DNA of 64,000 nucleotides from Calditrichia bacterium (GTDB lineage Bacteria; Calditrichota; Calditrichia; JAJRVZ01). Under the pieces are notes generated by a model. It saw nothing but the letters and a program-made list of their open reading frames with translations, made no database searches and was not told the origin of the DNA. Position 1 is the stretch's first letter, and the number at the start of each line of letters is the position of its first letter. Position numbers and translations under genes: made by a program. Of the stretch, positions 21,129-31,309 are shown in pieces. The stretch covers positions 704,001 to 768,000 of the forward strand of contig CAWCNS010000007.1 in the NCBI GenBank assembly GCA_963796965.1. Direction: 5' to 3'.

Positions 21129-24100
21129 TCAAGGCGCATAATACACATTTTCCGCTGAAATTTCCTTTTTCTTAAAGTCAGCGCTCTCCCAGCTTACCTT
21201 TAAGGCTTGTCCCCCACCCATTTGAAAATATTTAACAGCGATTGGATAGTACCCACGGCGCAGGGCTATATTTCCTAATTCTTCTTTGGCGCCATGTCCA
21301 CCGTCATTATTGATGAGTTCTTTATTGTTGATATATAATTTGCTACCATCATTTGATTCAATATAAAACGTATAGATACCGTTTTCAGGAACCGATAAAT
21401 AACCACTAAAGATATAACCATATTCACTGACACCTTCAGGCTGCTGAAGTTTAAATTCTTTAACAACGCCGGAACTTTTTACTTTGGCAATATCCAGACC
21501 GGCAACAGATGTAAAATTTCCCTCAAAAAAATCATACCTGATGCCCGGAGATAGATTTTCAGGCGTGGCAGAGGTGTTTTCAAAATCCACACCCAATGAT
21601 ACTAAATTTTCGAGAATTTCGTCCTTTAAGTCAAACCCATTGGCAACCTCGGCGGCATTTGCCAGCATGATTTTAGCCTTTTTTGGATTTGAGGGAGCTA
21701 AATTATTGGCGATGGCCACATAAACAGATATAGCCTCGTCGATAAAGGCTGGATCGGGTTCTTTATAATCCCAGTAGATCGGAGAAGTCTGTCTGACTGT
21801 ATTTTCTATTACCGGGAGAGATTCTGGGCTTCCAATGGCTGCCATACCTTTCAATGCTTTTTCTTTAGTTTTGGTCGACGGAGATTGTTTAAAAACCCTA
21901 TGATAGAGATCTAATGCTGTTTCATTATCCCCTGCAAGACGTTCCTTATCTCCTTTTTTTAGTAAACCATTAAAATTAGTTCCGGATAGAACAAAACCTT
22001 TATCTTCTATTTTAAATACTACTTCATCTTCTTCCCGAACTATTTCAACAAAATTAATCACCGGTGCTTCATCCATTTTCGGTGCAGTTTTATCTGAAAC
22101 CAGCTCAAGCATAAGATCATTTTCAACCTCAATGCCTTTAAATTCTTTAATGACCACTTCTTTATCTGAACTCGTTTCATCCATTGGATCAAAATTTTCA
22201 AGAACGGTTTTATTTTGAAGTTTAATATCAAAAATATGATCACCAGAATTAACATAAAATCCAACACGCACCGTATAAACGCTGGATTTCACACTCCAGG
22301 CCTCATCAATTAAGGGGATTTTGCAACTGGAAAGGCCGAGACATCCAGATGTATATAACCAGGGTTTATCTGTTCCCTTTACTTCTAAGCCCCTGGTATC
22401 ATATGAAAAATAACCCATATTCGGGGTAACCTTCTCTTTAAGATCAAATCGAATGCCATAGCCGGTGATCGGTCGCGGATAGCCGAACCATAATTCACCC
22501 TTATCATCTTTTTTATCCCCAGGTGCGCCAAAATTAATTCCCAATCGTTTAACTGGTGTTATTGGGCCCTGATTGACAAAGACACTCCAATCCGCAGTTT
22601 CTTTTTTCTCCGCTGGTTTTAGAACAACTGTGGTTCTCAACGGAAAAGAGCAGGTACATCCGGCACTGGCCTCCGGAAAGAGTAACAGACCATTGGCAGG
22701 GATCATATTTATCCAGCATCCCGGGCGGATTGCTCCAAAATAGGTTATTCCCCTATCCCCTGCGAGATCGTAGAATGCGGCATTATAGGAGCGGTAAAAA
22801 AGACAGCTGGAAGTAGCAGATGTAACGGCACAGGTATGTCCGGGCCGGAAATATTCCCAGGGAACTGTTTGACCAGTGACAGGATGAACGCGAGTTTTAA
22901 TTTCTCCTGTCCGCAGATCACAAGCCCTAGGTTCCACAATAACTGTTTCATTTACAATGACCGGGCGAACCATATAATTTAAGGGTCTTGACCAGAGCAT
23001 CTTACCATTTTCTGAGGACAAAGCCGTAATCCTGTGCCATCTTAATTCTTCTGCTTCAAAACGCCATTTATCATGCAAACCAAAACTACCAAAGAACAAG
23101 AGTGTATTGTTCTTATAGGCTGAAGCAACTGCATCCCCGCCGCATCCGGAAAGATCGATCGGCCTCTGCCATTTTATATTTCCTGTCCGTGCATTCAAAA
23201 CCGTTACGAGCCGGACATCGATATCTTTAGTTTTGAGCGGTTTGGTATATTTTTTCCAGACAGCCTTTTTCGCATAGTTCTTTCTTTCCGCTACACCCTG
23301 CGATTTTTGTGCTGGTGTGACAGAATTATCAGCAAAATAGAGATTTCCATCTCCCATGGATATAGCAATATGGGCAATTTTCTTTCCACGGTAGAGCCAA
23401 TTGGTTTTTCCCGAGGTAATATCCATGGCAAAGATGGCATCACTGAACATGATCTTCTCCGTTGCCGCTTCCTGGGTAACAATGCCCCCATTCCAGGCTG
23501 GATAATCGGCTATAAAACGCCACTTTGTTCCCGATCTTTGAAACTCGTAATCTGCTTCTTCCATGGTGGCATATTGTGAAGCAAGAAAAGCATCTTGATC
23601 AGTTTGATCATTGTTCTCTGCAAAATTTGAAGACTTCAGAATATGGTTATACGCTTCATCGAAAGGTTTAGCGGCCGAACCGTAAAGTGTTTCTCCTGAA
23701 CAAGCAATATATCCCCAGCGACGTGGCTTTCCATCTTTTGATGTCGGTATTTTATAGGTCTGTAAAGTCTGGCCGGTTTCTGCATCCAAAAGGAGACAGT
23801 TTTCCCCCGTTGCAACAAAAATACCATGGTCAGAAAGGGCCAAATTACTCCCATCAACATCGACACGTACCCGGTTGGCGCCCTGAATCTCACGCTCCCA
23901 AAGTTTCAGACCATTATAAGAATCATAGGCCATGACTACATCTTCACCCTGAACAAAGAGACGGCCATTTTTTGCTAAGGGTGCAGCGGCACGGGCATGT
24001 CTTTCGACCATTTTTTCGGGTCCCGGCTCACCAAACCACAGGACACCAAAGGGGTAGTTTACTAATTCATCATCTGAGCAGATAGTATTTGCCGGATTGG

Positions 24101-26147
24101 AATATTGATGGGTCCAACTACCTGCTCCTTCTAAAGCACCTCTTTTTATCTTTACCCACAGACCCTTTTCATGGGAGACTTGCGGTTCACCAGCACCAAT
24201 TTGACGAACCAATGCTACCAAATCCGTTTCAATTTGCGAGTCCGTATTTCTATTTATATCCGTTTGCCCCAGACATACCATGCCGCCAAATGGTTTCAAC
24301 ACTCTTTTTATATCTTTCGGTTCAATTGAAACGTTACCCGAAATCAACAGGTCATCTGATACGATCAGGTTGGCAAAATAATCGGGTAAATCATCTAAGG
24401 ACCAATTCTCGACGGCTATCCGTTCCCCATATATGCCGGCAGCATCTAAATTTACTCGGGATTGAGCAACCTTTTCCTCATCCTTCTCCACGCCAATGAT
24501 TTTTAAATCGCTCTGTTTGGCAAGCTCATAGGCCAGTCGGCCGTCAGAACTATTCAGAACCAGACAGAACCCTCTTTTTACGCCTGTCTCTTTTATAATT
24601 TGTTCTGCAGCAGTTTTATATACCTCATTTAACTCATCATTTTCGAAATAAGCGACCGTTTTTAGAGATTCGGATTTATTTAATTTTGAACCCTTATCAC
24701 CAGAGAAACAATAAATATTTCCTTTTTCATCGTTGGCTAATAAGTGACCGTCAGAGACGGCAAACCCCAAAATATCTCCGCTCGTACGAAAACGGTTTAG
24801 TTCCGAGCCGTTATTAGCATCCAGGACCAGTATGATTCCTTTTCCACCCGCAATGACTTTGTTTTTTGTTAAAATAATGGTATTTAAATTATCTTCTTTA
24901 AATTGCCACTTGGTTGCAGATCCCTGTATGGCATCCTTTTCCTGTTTTAGCAATTCAATCTTATTAATAAATTTATCAAAATCTTTATTGCTATCATCCT
25001 TTTGCTCTAATCCGGTTTGAGCTAATTTTCTCAGGGAACCGTTTGTCTTTTTGATCTCTGTCAGAAGAGAATCGACATCCTTTTCAATTATTGGATATTT
25101 TTCTCTATCTATGGCATGAATGCCTGTTTCTGTTAACACATAGGAGATATTTTTCCTTGCCACCATATCAATTCCATCAAAAGAGACAAAAGCATCACCC
25201 TTTCGCCGACCCGACGCCAGGTCATAAGCAACCTTTGCCGGCGTTCCGGATCGATCAACACCCGCAATCAACATATTCTCATTGATCAATCCCCAGGCCC
25301 CTCCCACCTTGCTTCCAGGACTTAGGTTATAGAGAAATTTCCCGCTTCTTCTGTCAAAAGCCGCTGGCATAGCCCGGCCTGAGGGCACATAAATCGTCTC
25401 TTCTGAGGCCAGCAAATAGCCATGGGGAGAAATACCTCCAAACTGTAGTTCATGGGCCTTATCCCCAATCGTATCATTTTTCCAGACCACCTCCCCACTG
25501 GCCACATCCAGAGCACATATATATATTCCTTCATAAGGAAAAATTCCTGCTCCGAAATACACGACATCCTTTTCTACCAAAACACTTGTTCTAACCGGCC
25601 AAAGCGATATCATCCGCCCGTTTCCGAGCACTTTTTTCCCGGATGGACCAGCACGATATTTCCAGATCAAATCACCACTTCCGGCATCGAGGCAATAGAC
25701 ATACCCATCATCCGAACCGAATAGGATCTTATCTTTCCAGATTGAGGGTACAAAACGTATAGGACCACCGGCGAAGAAACTCCATTTAATGGCACCGGTT
25801 ACCGTATTCAGAGCATAGATCTTATCATCAATGGATGAGGCGAAATAAGTCAGACCATTTGCCGACACAAGATGGTAGGTATTATCAACGTGCATCCTTG
25901 GTAATTCTTCTCCCGGTTTATGCCAGGCAGATGCTGGGGCATGGGCAGGCATATATACCCACTTTTGGGTAAGGTTTTTTGGCAATGTTTCGGCCGTTAC
26001 CCCGCTACGAAAACCATCATGTCTATAGGTGCGCCATCCCTTTTTATTATCAGAAGAACATCCAAACAATAAAAATAAAAATGATAATAAAATCACAAAA
26101 TTATTTAGAGTAAATATTTTCATGGTTTTTGGTTCACAAATTTTCAA
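21129..26147 (-). CDS. Large multidomain lipoprotein: BamB/PQQ-like beta-propeller repeats, SAM-methyltransferase-like domain, second propeller, malectin-like, HEAT-like and PA14 domains
   Basis: WRTYRHDGFRSG, IYALNTVTGAIKW, GFCLVL...GRLAYELA...RVLKPFGG, WTHQY, GHTC, RPGCW, EASAGCTCSF, FDIKLQ...LENFD and GYLSVP..G.YTFYIESNDGSKL..NDGGHG. Confidence 0.85.
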   Translation of the reverse strand: MKICEPKTMKIFTLNNFVILLSFLFLLFGCSSDNKKGWRTYRHDGFRSGVTAETLPKNLTQKWVYMPAHAPASAWHKPGEELPRMHVDNTYHLVSANGLTYFASSIDDKIYALNTVTGAIKWSFFAGGPIRFVPSIWKDKILFGSDDGYVYCLDAGSGDLIWKYRAGPSGKKVLGNGRMISLWPVRTSVLVEKDVVYFGAGIFPYEGIYICALDVASGEVVWKNDTIGDKAHELQFGGISPHGYLLASEETIYVPSGRAMPAAFDRRSGKFLYNLSPGSKVGGAWGLINENMLIAGVDRSGTPAKVAYDLASGRRKGDAFVSFDGIDMVARKNISYVLTETGIHAIDREKYPIIEKDVDSLLTEIKKTNGSLRKLAQTGLEQKDDSNKDFDKFINKIELLKQEKDAIQGSATKWQFKEDNLNTIILTKNKVIAGGKGIILVLDANNGSELNRFRTSGDILGFAVSDGHLLANDEKGNIYCFSGDKGSKLNKSESLKTVAYFENDELNEVYKTAAEQIIKETGVKRGFCLVLNSSDGRLAYELAKQSDLKIIGVEKDEEKVAQSRVNLDAAGIYGERIAVENWSLDDLPDYFANLIVSDDLLISGNVSIEPKDIKRVLKPFGGMVCLGQTDINRNTDSQIETDLVALVRQIGAGEPQVSHEKGLWVKIKRGALEGAGSWTHQYSNPANTICSDDELVNYPFGVLWFGEPGPEKMVERHARAAAPLAKNGRLFVQGEDVVMAYDSYNGLKLWEREIQGANRVRVDVDGSNLALSDHGIFVATGENCLLLDAETGQTLQTYKIPTSKDGKPRRWGYIACSGETLYGSAAKPFDEAYNHILKSSNFAENNDQTDQDAFLASQYATMEEADYEFQRSGTKWRFIADYPAWNGGIVTQEAATEKIMFSDAIFAMDITSGKTNWLYRGKKIAHIAISMGDGNLYFADNSVTPAQKSQGVAERKNYAKKAVWKKYTKPLKTKDIDVRLVTVLNARTGNIKWQRPIDLSGCGGDAVASAYKNNTLLFFGSFGLHDKWRFEAEELRWHRITALSSENGKMLWSRPLNYMVRPVIVNETVIVEPRACDLRTGEIKTRVHPVTGQTVPWEYFRPGHTCAVTSATSSCLFYRSYNAAFYDLAGDRGITYFGAIRPGCWINMIPANGLLLFPEASAGCTCSFPLRTTVVLKPAEKKETADWSVFVNQGPITPVKRLGINFGAPGDKKDDKGELWFGYPRPITGYGIRFDLKEKVTPNMGYFSYDTRGLEVKGTDKPWLYTSGCLGLSSCKIPLIDEAWSVKSSVYTVRVGFYVNSGDHIFDIKLQNKTVLENFDPMDETSSDKEVVIKEFKGIEVENDLMLELVSDKTAPKMDEAPVINFVEIVREEDEVVFKIEDKGFVLSGTNFNGLLKKGDKERLAGDNETALDLYHRVFKQSPSTKTKEKALKGMAAIGSPESLPVIENTVRQTSPIYWDYKEPDPAFIDEAISVYVAIANNLAPSNPKKAKIMLANAAEVANGFDLKDEILENLVSLGVDFENTSATPENLSPGIRYDFFEGNFTSVAGLDIAKVKSSGVVKEFKLQQPEGVSEYGYIFSGYLSVPENGIYTFYIESNDGSKLYINNKELINNDGGHGAKEELGNIALRRGYYPIAVKYFQMGGGQALKVSWESADFKKKEISAENVYYAP

Positions 26148-26308
26148 AGTAATATCTCCTGCTAGGAAAAGGGTAAAATTTGAACAATAATTTTTTTATT
26201 AAACACAAAGATCACAAAGGATAGACAAAGGACACAAAGAATATATAAATAATTGATTATACTTTCCCCATAAATTCACAAATAAATGTGAAAAACATTG
26301 AGATATTT

Positions 26309-26357
26309 GGTGATTAGTAATTTGTAATTGGTAATTGGTAATTGGGGATTGGTAATT
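26309..26357 (+). repeat. Heptanucleotide tandem repeat (GGTAATT)x7, STRR-like
   Basis: Units: ggtgatt agtaatt tgtaatt ggtaatt ggtaatt ggggatt ggtaatt. Confidence 0.85.
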
Positions 26358-26536
26358 TAATGATTAAAATTATCAATAAGTCTTAAAATCAAATTTTTTC
26401 TTTTGTCCTTTATCTTTTTAAATCATGGACGATTTAATCCCGATATGGCGATAGGATCTCGAAGTAATTATTGGGAACTATAAATTTTCTCTGCGGCGTT
26501 GCGGCGCTGCGTGAGATTTTCTTAGCAAGTTTTACT

Positions 26537-28447
26537 CTATTTCTCTTCCCAAACTTTCAAGACCAACTCACCCTTCCCTGGTGATTCAAAGGGTCCCGTC
26601 ATAGGATTTTCAGCATTTCTTTTTTCACCAAAATAATCATAATCAATTTTAATAGGCGAACCATCCCGGTTTTCAAAGGGCAATTCAGTTATCAGCGTGG
26701 TACCCAACCAATCTGTGGTAACGATCTGGTTTTTAAATTTTTTAAACGAGGGATCCAGTGTTATTTGGAGGGAGATATTTGTCCCATCTCTCATCAACTT
26801 TACTTTTGGGTCTGTTTCCGGCTTTTCAATATATACAGATTCTCTTATATAAGGCTTAGCTTGGTTCAAATAGATATTTCCTTCTACATACATGGGACGC
26901 TCCAGGGTATTATAAGCATCCAGACCATACCCGATTTTTTGCCTTGCCTCTGTATCAATTTTGAGCGTTTCACCCACCCCAACAAATATATTATTATAAA
27001 ACCGATCATCCCCTCCAATGATATTTACCACTCCCGCTACCCCCGTTGAGTGGGCAAAATGATAAGGTGTATATCGTACGCTTGGTTGGGTTTTAATCTT
27101 ACCTGCAAAAAGATTGTGTACATAGGCCCCACCCTCGGAAAGATCTTTTAACACATATTCGGATAAGAAAATATTGTTATCGGCCATAAAGGGGCCATGA
27201 TCCACTTCAAAAAAGAGATCTTCAATGGTATTATCATAGCATAAATTTTGTGAAATTCGGGTACCCTGGGCCATCCAGTCCATCCATAAACCACGCCCTG
27301 CATTGTGGATATGATTTTTCTTAATGATGACATCTATTGCAGCGTGTAATTTGATACCGCCAATTTCTGCTCCTTGGAATTGCCGCTTTGTCCATATATC
27401 ATAAATATGATTATTGGTAATCGTACTGTAAACAGCGCCCAGGCTTCCACATATACCTGCCTGTCCACAATCAAAGATTGTATTGTTGCGCACAATATGC
27501 GAACCGATCGTCTCCTTAGACCACCCTATCTGTCTGGCCCTGAAGATCACTTCATTATAATGTGTTGCCCCGCCCTTACTTCGATTGTTTAACCAGACAT
27601 TATGACCAGTTGCCCTGTCTTTTCCCAGGGTGAGTCCCGTACATTTTGCATTGCTGATTATATTGTTCTCTATAATCCAGCCTTTGCTCCAATGGGTACC
27701 AATCAACCCAATCTGCTCTGCGGTTGGGGCAGCCCATTGTGTTGCCGCCTGAGTTAAGTGGAATCCGCGAACAGTGATATAGTTGCGGCCAGGAGCAGCG
27801 GGATAAAAACAGGTTTCTCGTACACTAATCTCCACTAATTCATTATTGGGATCAGCGCCCTGGAAATTAGCCCAGATGACCGTATTCTGATCATCACTTT
27901 CACAATACCATATATAAACTGAGAAAGCCTCATCCCGTGATCTTTCGTAGGGCACTGGCTTGATCACCTCATCAAGGGTGGTTTTTTCATAGAGAGATTT
28001 GCCATTAAGAAAAACTTCGCCTGTATGATGGTCTCGCTTCAACCCGTCAAACCAATCCCCCTCAATTAGATCCTGATAAGGATTATAATTACCAAAAAAT
28101 GTATTTGGAATGATGACCTTCCAGACATCGTCTTCAACCTTCTGCCAATTCTTTATAACCTCAGAGCCTTTGATAATAACATCTTCACCGGGAGTCGCTT
28201 GATAGACGATTCTTTTTGAATCAGAGGTACCCCCATAAGGCGGATTGATGCGCTCACGATAGGTTCCCTCATGAACCGTTATCACATCGCCAGCACGCGC
28301 TCTTTGAGCAGCTGCTGAAATAGTCTTGAGCGGCTTCATATTTGTGCCTTCATTTTGATCACTTCCAGTGGGAGATACATGGTACTCTGTTGCTAAAACC
28401 GGATAGGCAAGAAAAATCCACATCAATACAGTTCTAAATGTTTTCAT
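26537..28447 (-). CDS. GH120-like beta-xylosidase (right-handed beta-helix)
   Basis: YHVSPTGSD, VHEGTYRERINP, WAAPTAEQIGLIGTHWSKGWIIENN, GAEIGGIKLHAA and WMDWMAQGTR. Confidence 0.85.
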   Translation of the reverse strand: MKTFRTVLMWIFLAYPVLATEYHVSPTGSDQNEGTNMKPLKTISAAAQRARAGDVITVHEGTYRERINPPYGGTSDSKRIVYQATPGEDVIIKGSEVIKNWQKVEDDVWKVIIPNTFFGNYNPYQDLIEGDWFDGLKRDHHTGEVFLNGKSLYEKTTLDEVIKPVPYERSRDEAFSVYIWYCESDDQNTVIWANFQGADPNNELVEISVRETCFYPAAPGRNYITVRGFHLTQAATQWAAPTAEQIGLIGTHWSKGWIIENNIISNAKCTGLTLGKDRATGHNVWLNNRSKGGATHYNEVIFRARQIGWSKETIGSHIVRNNTIFDCGQAGICGSLGAVYSTITNNHIYDIWTKRQFQGAEIGGIKLHAAIDVIIKKNHIHNAGRGLWMDWMAQGTRISQNLCYDNTIEDLFFEVDHGPFMADNNIFLSEYVLKDLSEGGAYVHNLFAGKIKTQPSVRYTPYHFAHSTGVAGVVNIIGGDDRFYNNIFVGVGETLKIDTEARQKIGYGLDAYNTLERPMYVEGNIYLNQAKPYIRESVYIEKPETDPKVKLMRDGTNISLQITLDPSFKKFKNQIVTTDWLGTTLITELPFENRDGSPIKIDYDYFGEKRNAENPMTGPFESPGKGELVLKVWEEK

Positions 28448-28506
28448 TTTAAAATTTCCTTCTCTTCTTAATTGCTTGTGAAATCCCTTATAAATTCGTG
28501 AAATTC

Positions 28507-28528
28507 CTCCGAAGGAGTCCCTTCGGGA
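28507..28528 (+). repeat. 22-nt double-hairpin mini-element (best-conserved of 7 copies)
   Basis: CTCC-GAA-GGAG-TCCC-TTC-GGGA. Other copies are at 262-284(-), 16363-16383, 16418-16437, 31222-31243(-), 33686-33707 and 59892-59916. Confidence 0.8.
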
Positions 28529-28562
28529 GTGGACGATTCTTTTAGACTATTCCAGCTGAGTT

Positions 28563-29003
28563 CTACCTTATCTCCACGAAGACCTTAAACTGATCCATCC
28601 ATTTCTGTACCTGTTTTTTAAACATCCCAGGCATTAACTTTGCCATCAGGTTCGGCAGAATTCCGACAAATTGAATATACTCAATCTCAGACTCATATCT
28701 GGTCTGGTTATCAGATAATTTAATAAAACGGTTTGTCATTGTGTTTGACATTGTTTTTGCTTCGTATAAAGCGGTAAACTCATCTGGCAAATTTTTAACT
28801 CTAATGGTCTCAGTTAACTCAATTTCGCGTTTGCCGATATTATAAATCAGACGCGATTTCGCACCGGCCTCTCCCGGAGTTCCACTGAGATGCTCCAAAC
28901 TAACAAAGCCATCCTGCCATTCTTTAAGATTCTCCGGATTATCAAATAGTTCGATTACCCTAGCAATTGGATTCTCTATATCTACACTACAACTGAACTT
29001 CAT
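28563..29003 (-). CDS. SRPBCC/START-like family protein
   Basis: 146 aa: SVDIENPIARVIELFDNPENLKEWQDG and a C-terminal helix KQVQKWMDQFKVFVE. Confidence 0.85.
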   Translation of the reverse strand: MKFSCSVDIENPIARVIELFDNPENLKEWQDGFVSLEHLSGTPGEAGAKSRLIYNIGKREIELTETIRVKNLPDEFTALYEAKTMSNTMTNRFIKLSDNQTRYESEIEYIQFVGILPNLMAKLMPGMFKKQVQKWMDQFKVFVEIR

Positions 29004-29181
29004 TTATATCCTCCAATTATTAAGATTGGTATCTGTCAAATACACCGAATTTCTCTCGCAAAGGCGCTAAGACGCAAGTGAAATTGAATCTCATAAACTC
29101 AGATATATCTCCGGGTATGTTTATAAATAGTATAAAAAATTATTGTAAACTGAAATACTGATATTTTGTTTTGTGTAATAA

Positions 29182-30945
29182 TTATTTTGCATTAATTTTC
29201 TCGGCAGTATAATTATTTACCATTTGACTTGCAAGTATGGGCTTATTATACACACGCAGTTTGTGAAGTGTTCCACCGTACTCATGCAGGACCAAACGAT
29301 TAATCTGACTATCAATCACTATATCAGACAACCATTCAAAGCCAAAGGTCCTAACCCCTCCGCCATCACAAATGCTTCCGTCGATTATCATATAACATAT
29401 ATTTGGGCCGGGATCTATAAGTATTGCTACATGATGTTTTATACCCTCTCTTAGCCGTTTAGGATCAGATCTCAACATCACCTTGTTAGTATCCTTATTC
29501 ATTGTAAATAGGAGATCACCGTCATGATCTAGACGCAATTCTAAATTTATATCATACTTATTTAGCCCTTCAAAGATTACCGAGTCACTAAACTTATCGA
29601 TTTCAATCCAGAAGTCCACGGCAAACCCCTTTGCCAATCTCACTGATTCTGATAAAAGTAATATCCCATTTGGAGGATGCTTAAAAGTTTGTAAAAGCCC
29701 GTCTGTGCAAATGGGATTATTCTCAAATTGACTCCATAAGATTTCAAAAAATCCTTCCGATATGGCATGCAAAGTAGCGGCTGTTTTCTGTGTCGTAGAG
29801 ATCCAGTACTTCCCCTCCTCTTCAATCAAATCAGGATAACTGAACCGACCGGTTTCATAGGATTTATCAGGTCCATATAACAGGATCTCAGGTTGAGACC
29901 AGAATATTCTCCCCTCCTTTTCAACCCCTCCTGAAATCCAGGCAGGATTCCTATAATTAAAATCTTTTCCACCATGATTATGATACCAAAGCAGGTATTT
30001 ACCATTATTACACTTCCATAATCGCGGACAAGCCCTTGGATTACGCAAGGGTAACCCGGTAGCATATGATATTAATTGAGGTTCCGTCCAGGTATGACCG
30101 CCATCAAAGCTATAGGATTCTGCCGGTTGCCCAAGAGTGGTTCGGTAGACACAATACAACCCATCCTTCTGATTCATCGGTTGAATATTATGTTCTTCCT
30201 GTACAGAACCTAAATCCAAATTCCTAATTCCATGGTCTCCGTCTGGCAATACTTCCCAGTTTATTTTTGAGACATCTTTCTCGGTGTGGATATTATCAGA
30301 GTGGAAAAGCCAGCCTTCACCTTCTTCCAGAAAATATCCGCCTAATTTTGTAAATGAAAACCATACATTCTGATCTTTTTTCACCGGTTTTCCAATCCCC
30401 CAAAACATTTGAACATCGCCGCCAAAATCATTATTTCTGTCTACTTTGGTTTTCCGCATCGGTAGGCGAAATCGCTCAGACCAAGTGACGCCCATATCAT
30501 CAGAATAACGGAAGCAATACCAGCCATGGGTATCAGCCCGCATTTCATTCCCGCCGGGTAAATTCCTAATTGTATCCCCATTAAAGGTGTAGAAGACATA
30601 GATTCGATTATAATCCGTAATCAGGGGCATTGCCCAGGAGGCTTCAATTCCAGCGTTCGATGATTCGATCTCTATAGGAGTGGACCATGTAATTCCCTTA
30701 TCTCTGGAATAGCAAGAAACAATATACTGGGTTTTACTGCCCTCTTCTGCAGGGCTTGTCGTAAAAGTACAAAACCAGGTACCATCATGAGTCACGACAA
30801 AATAGGGTTGATCACAATAGCCATTCTCGTAAATTGTTGTCCCATTTGTGATCAAGCGCCAGTCATTTATCTGACTAAAAAGTACTGGAGTTAGGAGGAA
30901 TAAAGGAAAAATTAAGAAGCAGTAATTATCTCTAATTTGAAGCAT
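29182..30945 (-). CDS. BNR/Asp-box (sialidase-like) beta-propeller with a C-terminal LamG-like domain
   Basis: Asp boxes SRDKGITW, SDDMGVTW and SFDGGHTW. Also YCDQPY, RFSYPD and HHVAILID...IIDG. Confidence 0.8.
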   Translation of the reverse strand: MLQIRDNYCFLIFPLFLLTPVLFSQINDWRLITNGTTIYENGYCDQPYFVVTHDGTWFCTFTTSPAEEGSKTQYIVSCYSRDKGITWSTPIEIESSNAGIEASWAMPLITDYNRIYVFYTFNGDTIRNLPGGNEMRADTHGWYCFRYSDDMGVTWSERFRLPMRKTKVDRNNDFGGDVQMFWGIGKPVKKDQNVWFSFTKLGGYFLEEGEGWLFHSDNIHTEKDVSKINWEVLPDGDHGIRNLDLGSVQEEHNIQPMNQKDGLYCVYRTTLGQPAESYSFDGGHTWTEPQLISYATGLPLRNPRACPRLWKCNNGKYLLWYHNHGGKDFNYRNPAWISGGVEKEGRIFWSQPEILLYGPDKSYETGRFSYPDLIEEEGKYWISTTQKTAATLHAISEGFFEILWSQFENNPICTDGLLQTFKHPPNGILLLSESVRLAKGFAVDFWIEIDKFSDSVIFEGLNKYDINLELRLDHDGDLLFTMNKDTNKVMLRSDPKRLREGIKHHVAILIDPGPNICYMIIDGSICDGGGVRTFGFEWLSDIVIDSQINRLVLHEYGGTLHKLRVYNKPILASQMVNNYTAEKINAK

Positions 30946-31309
30946 AATTTAGATTTCCACTTAAGGAATATTTAGATTAACTCTTCCAATGGCTTGATAT
31001 ACATTAGGAGATAAAACTAAGAATTTTATCCAATTTACGATAAATGCATAGAAAGGTTAGGAACATAAAATCATCCTTCTTTAAACGACCCGTTCACATC
31101 CACGCCATCCAAGGTATTTAAGAGAAACTGCACGATAATAATATGGACCTTGCTGAAGATATGATTGATCGAAATGGCTCAGCCGCTGTGCCACAGCCCA
31201 ATCAACAAATATATTTAATACTCCCAAAGGGACTCCTTCAGAGGAAATCCAAGAAAACCTTTTAGAAACGAAAAAATTAATCCCAAGATTTATTATTAGC
31301 CGTTCCTTA

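Noticed and set aside
21129..26147. PQQ-dependent dehydrogenase assignment
   Set aside because: Only generic BamB/PQQ-type blade repeats are visible, with no quinoprotein active-site signature I can identify.
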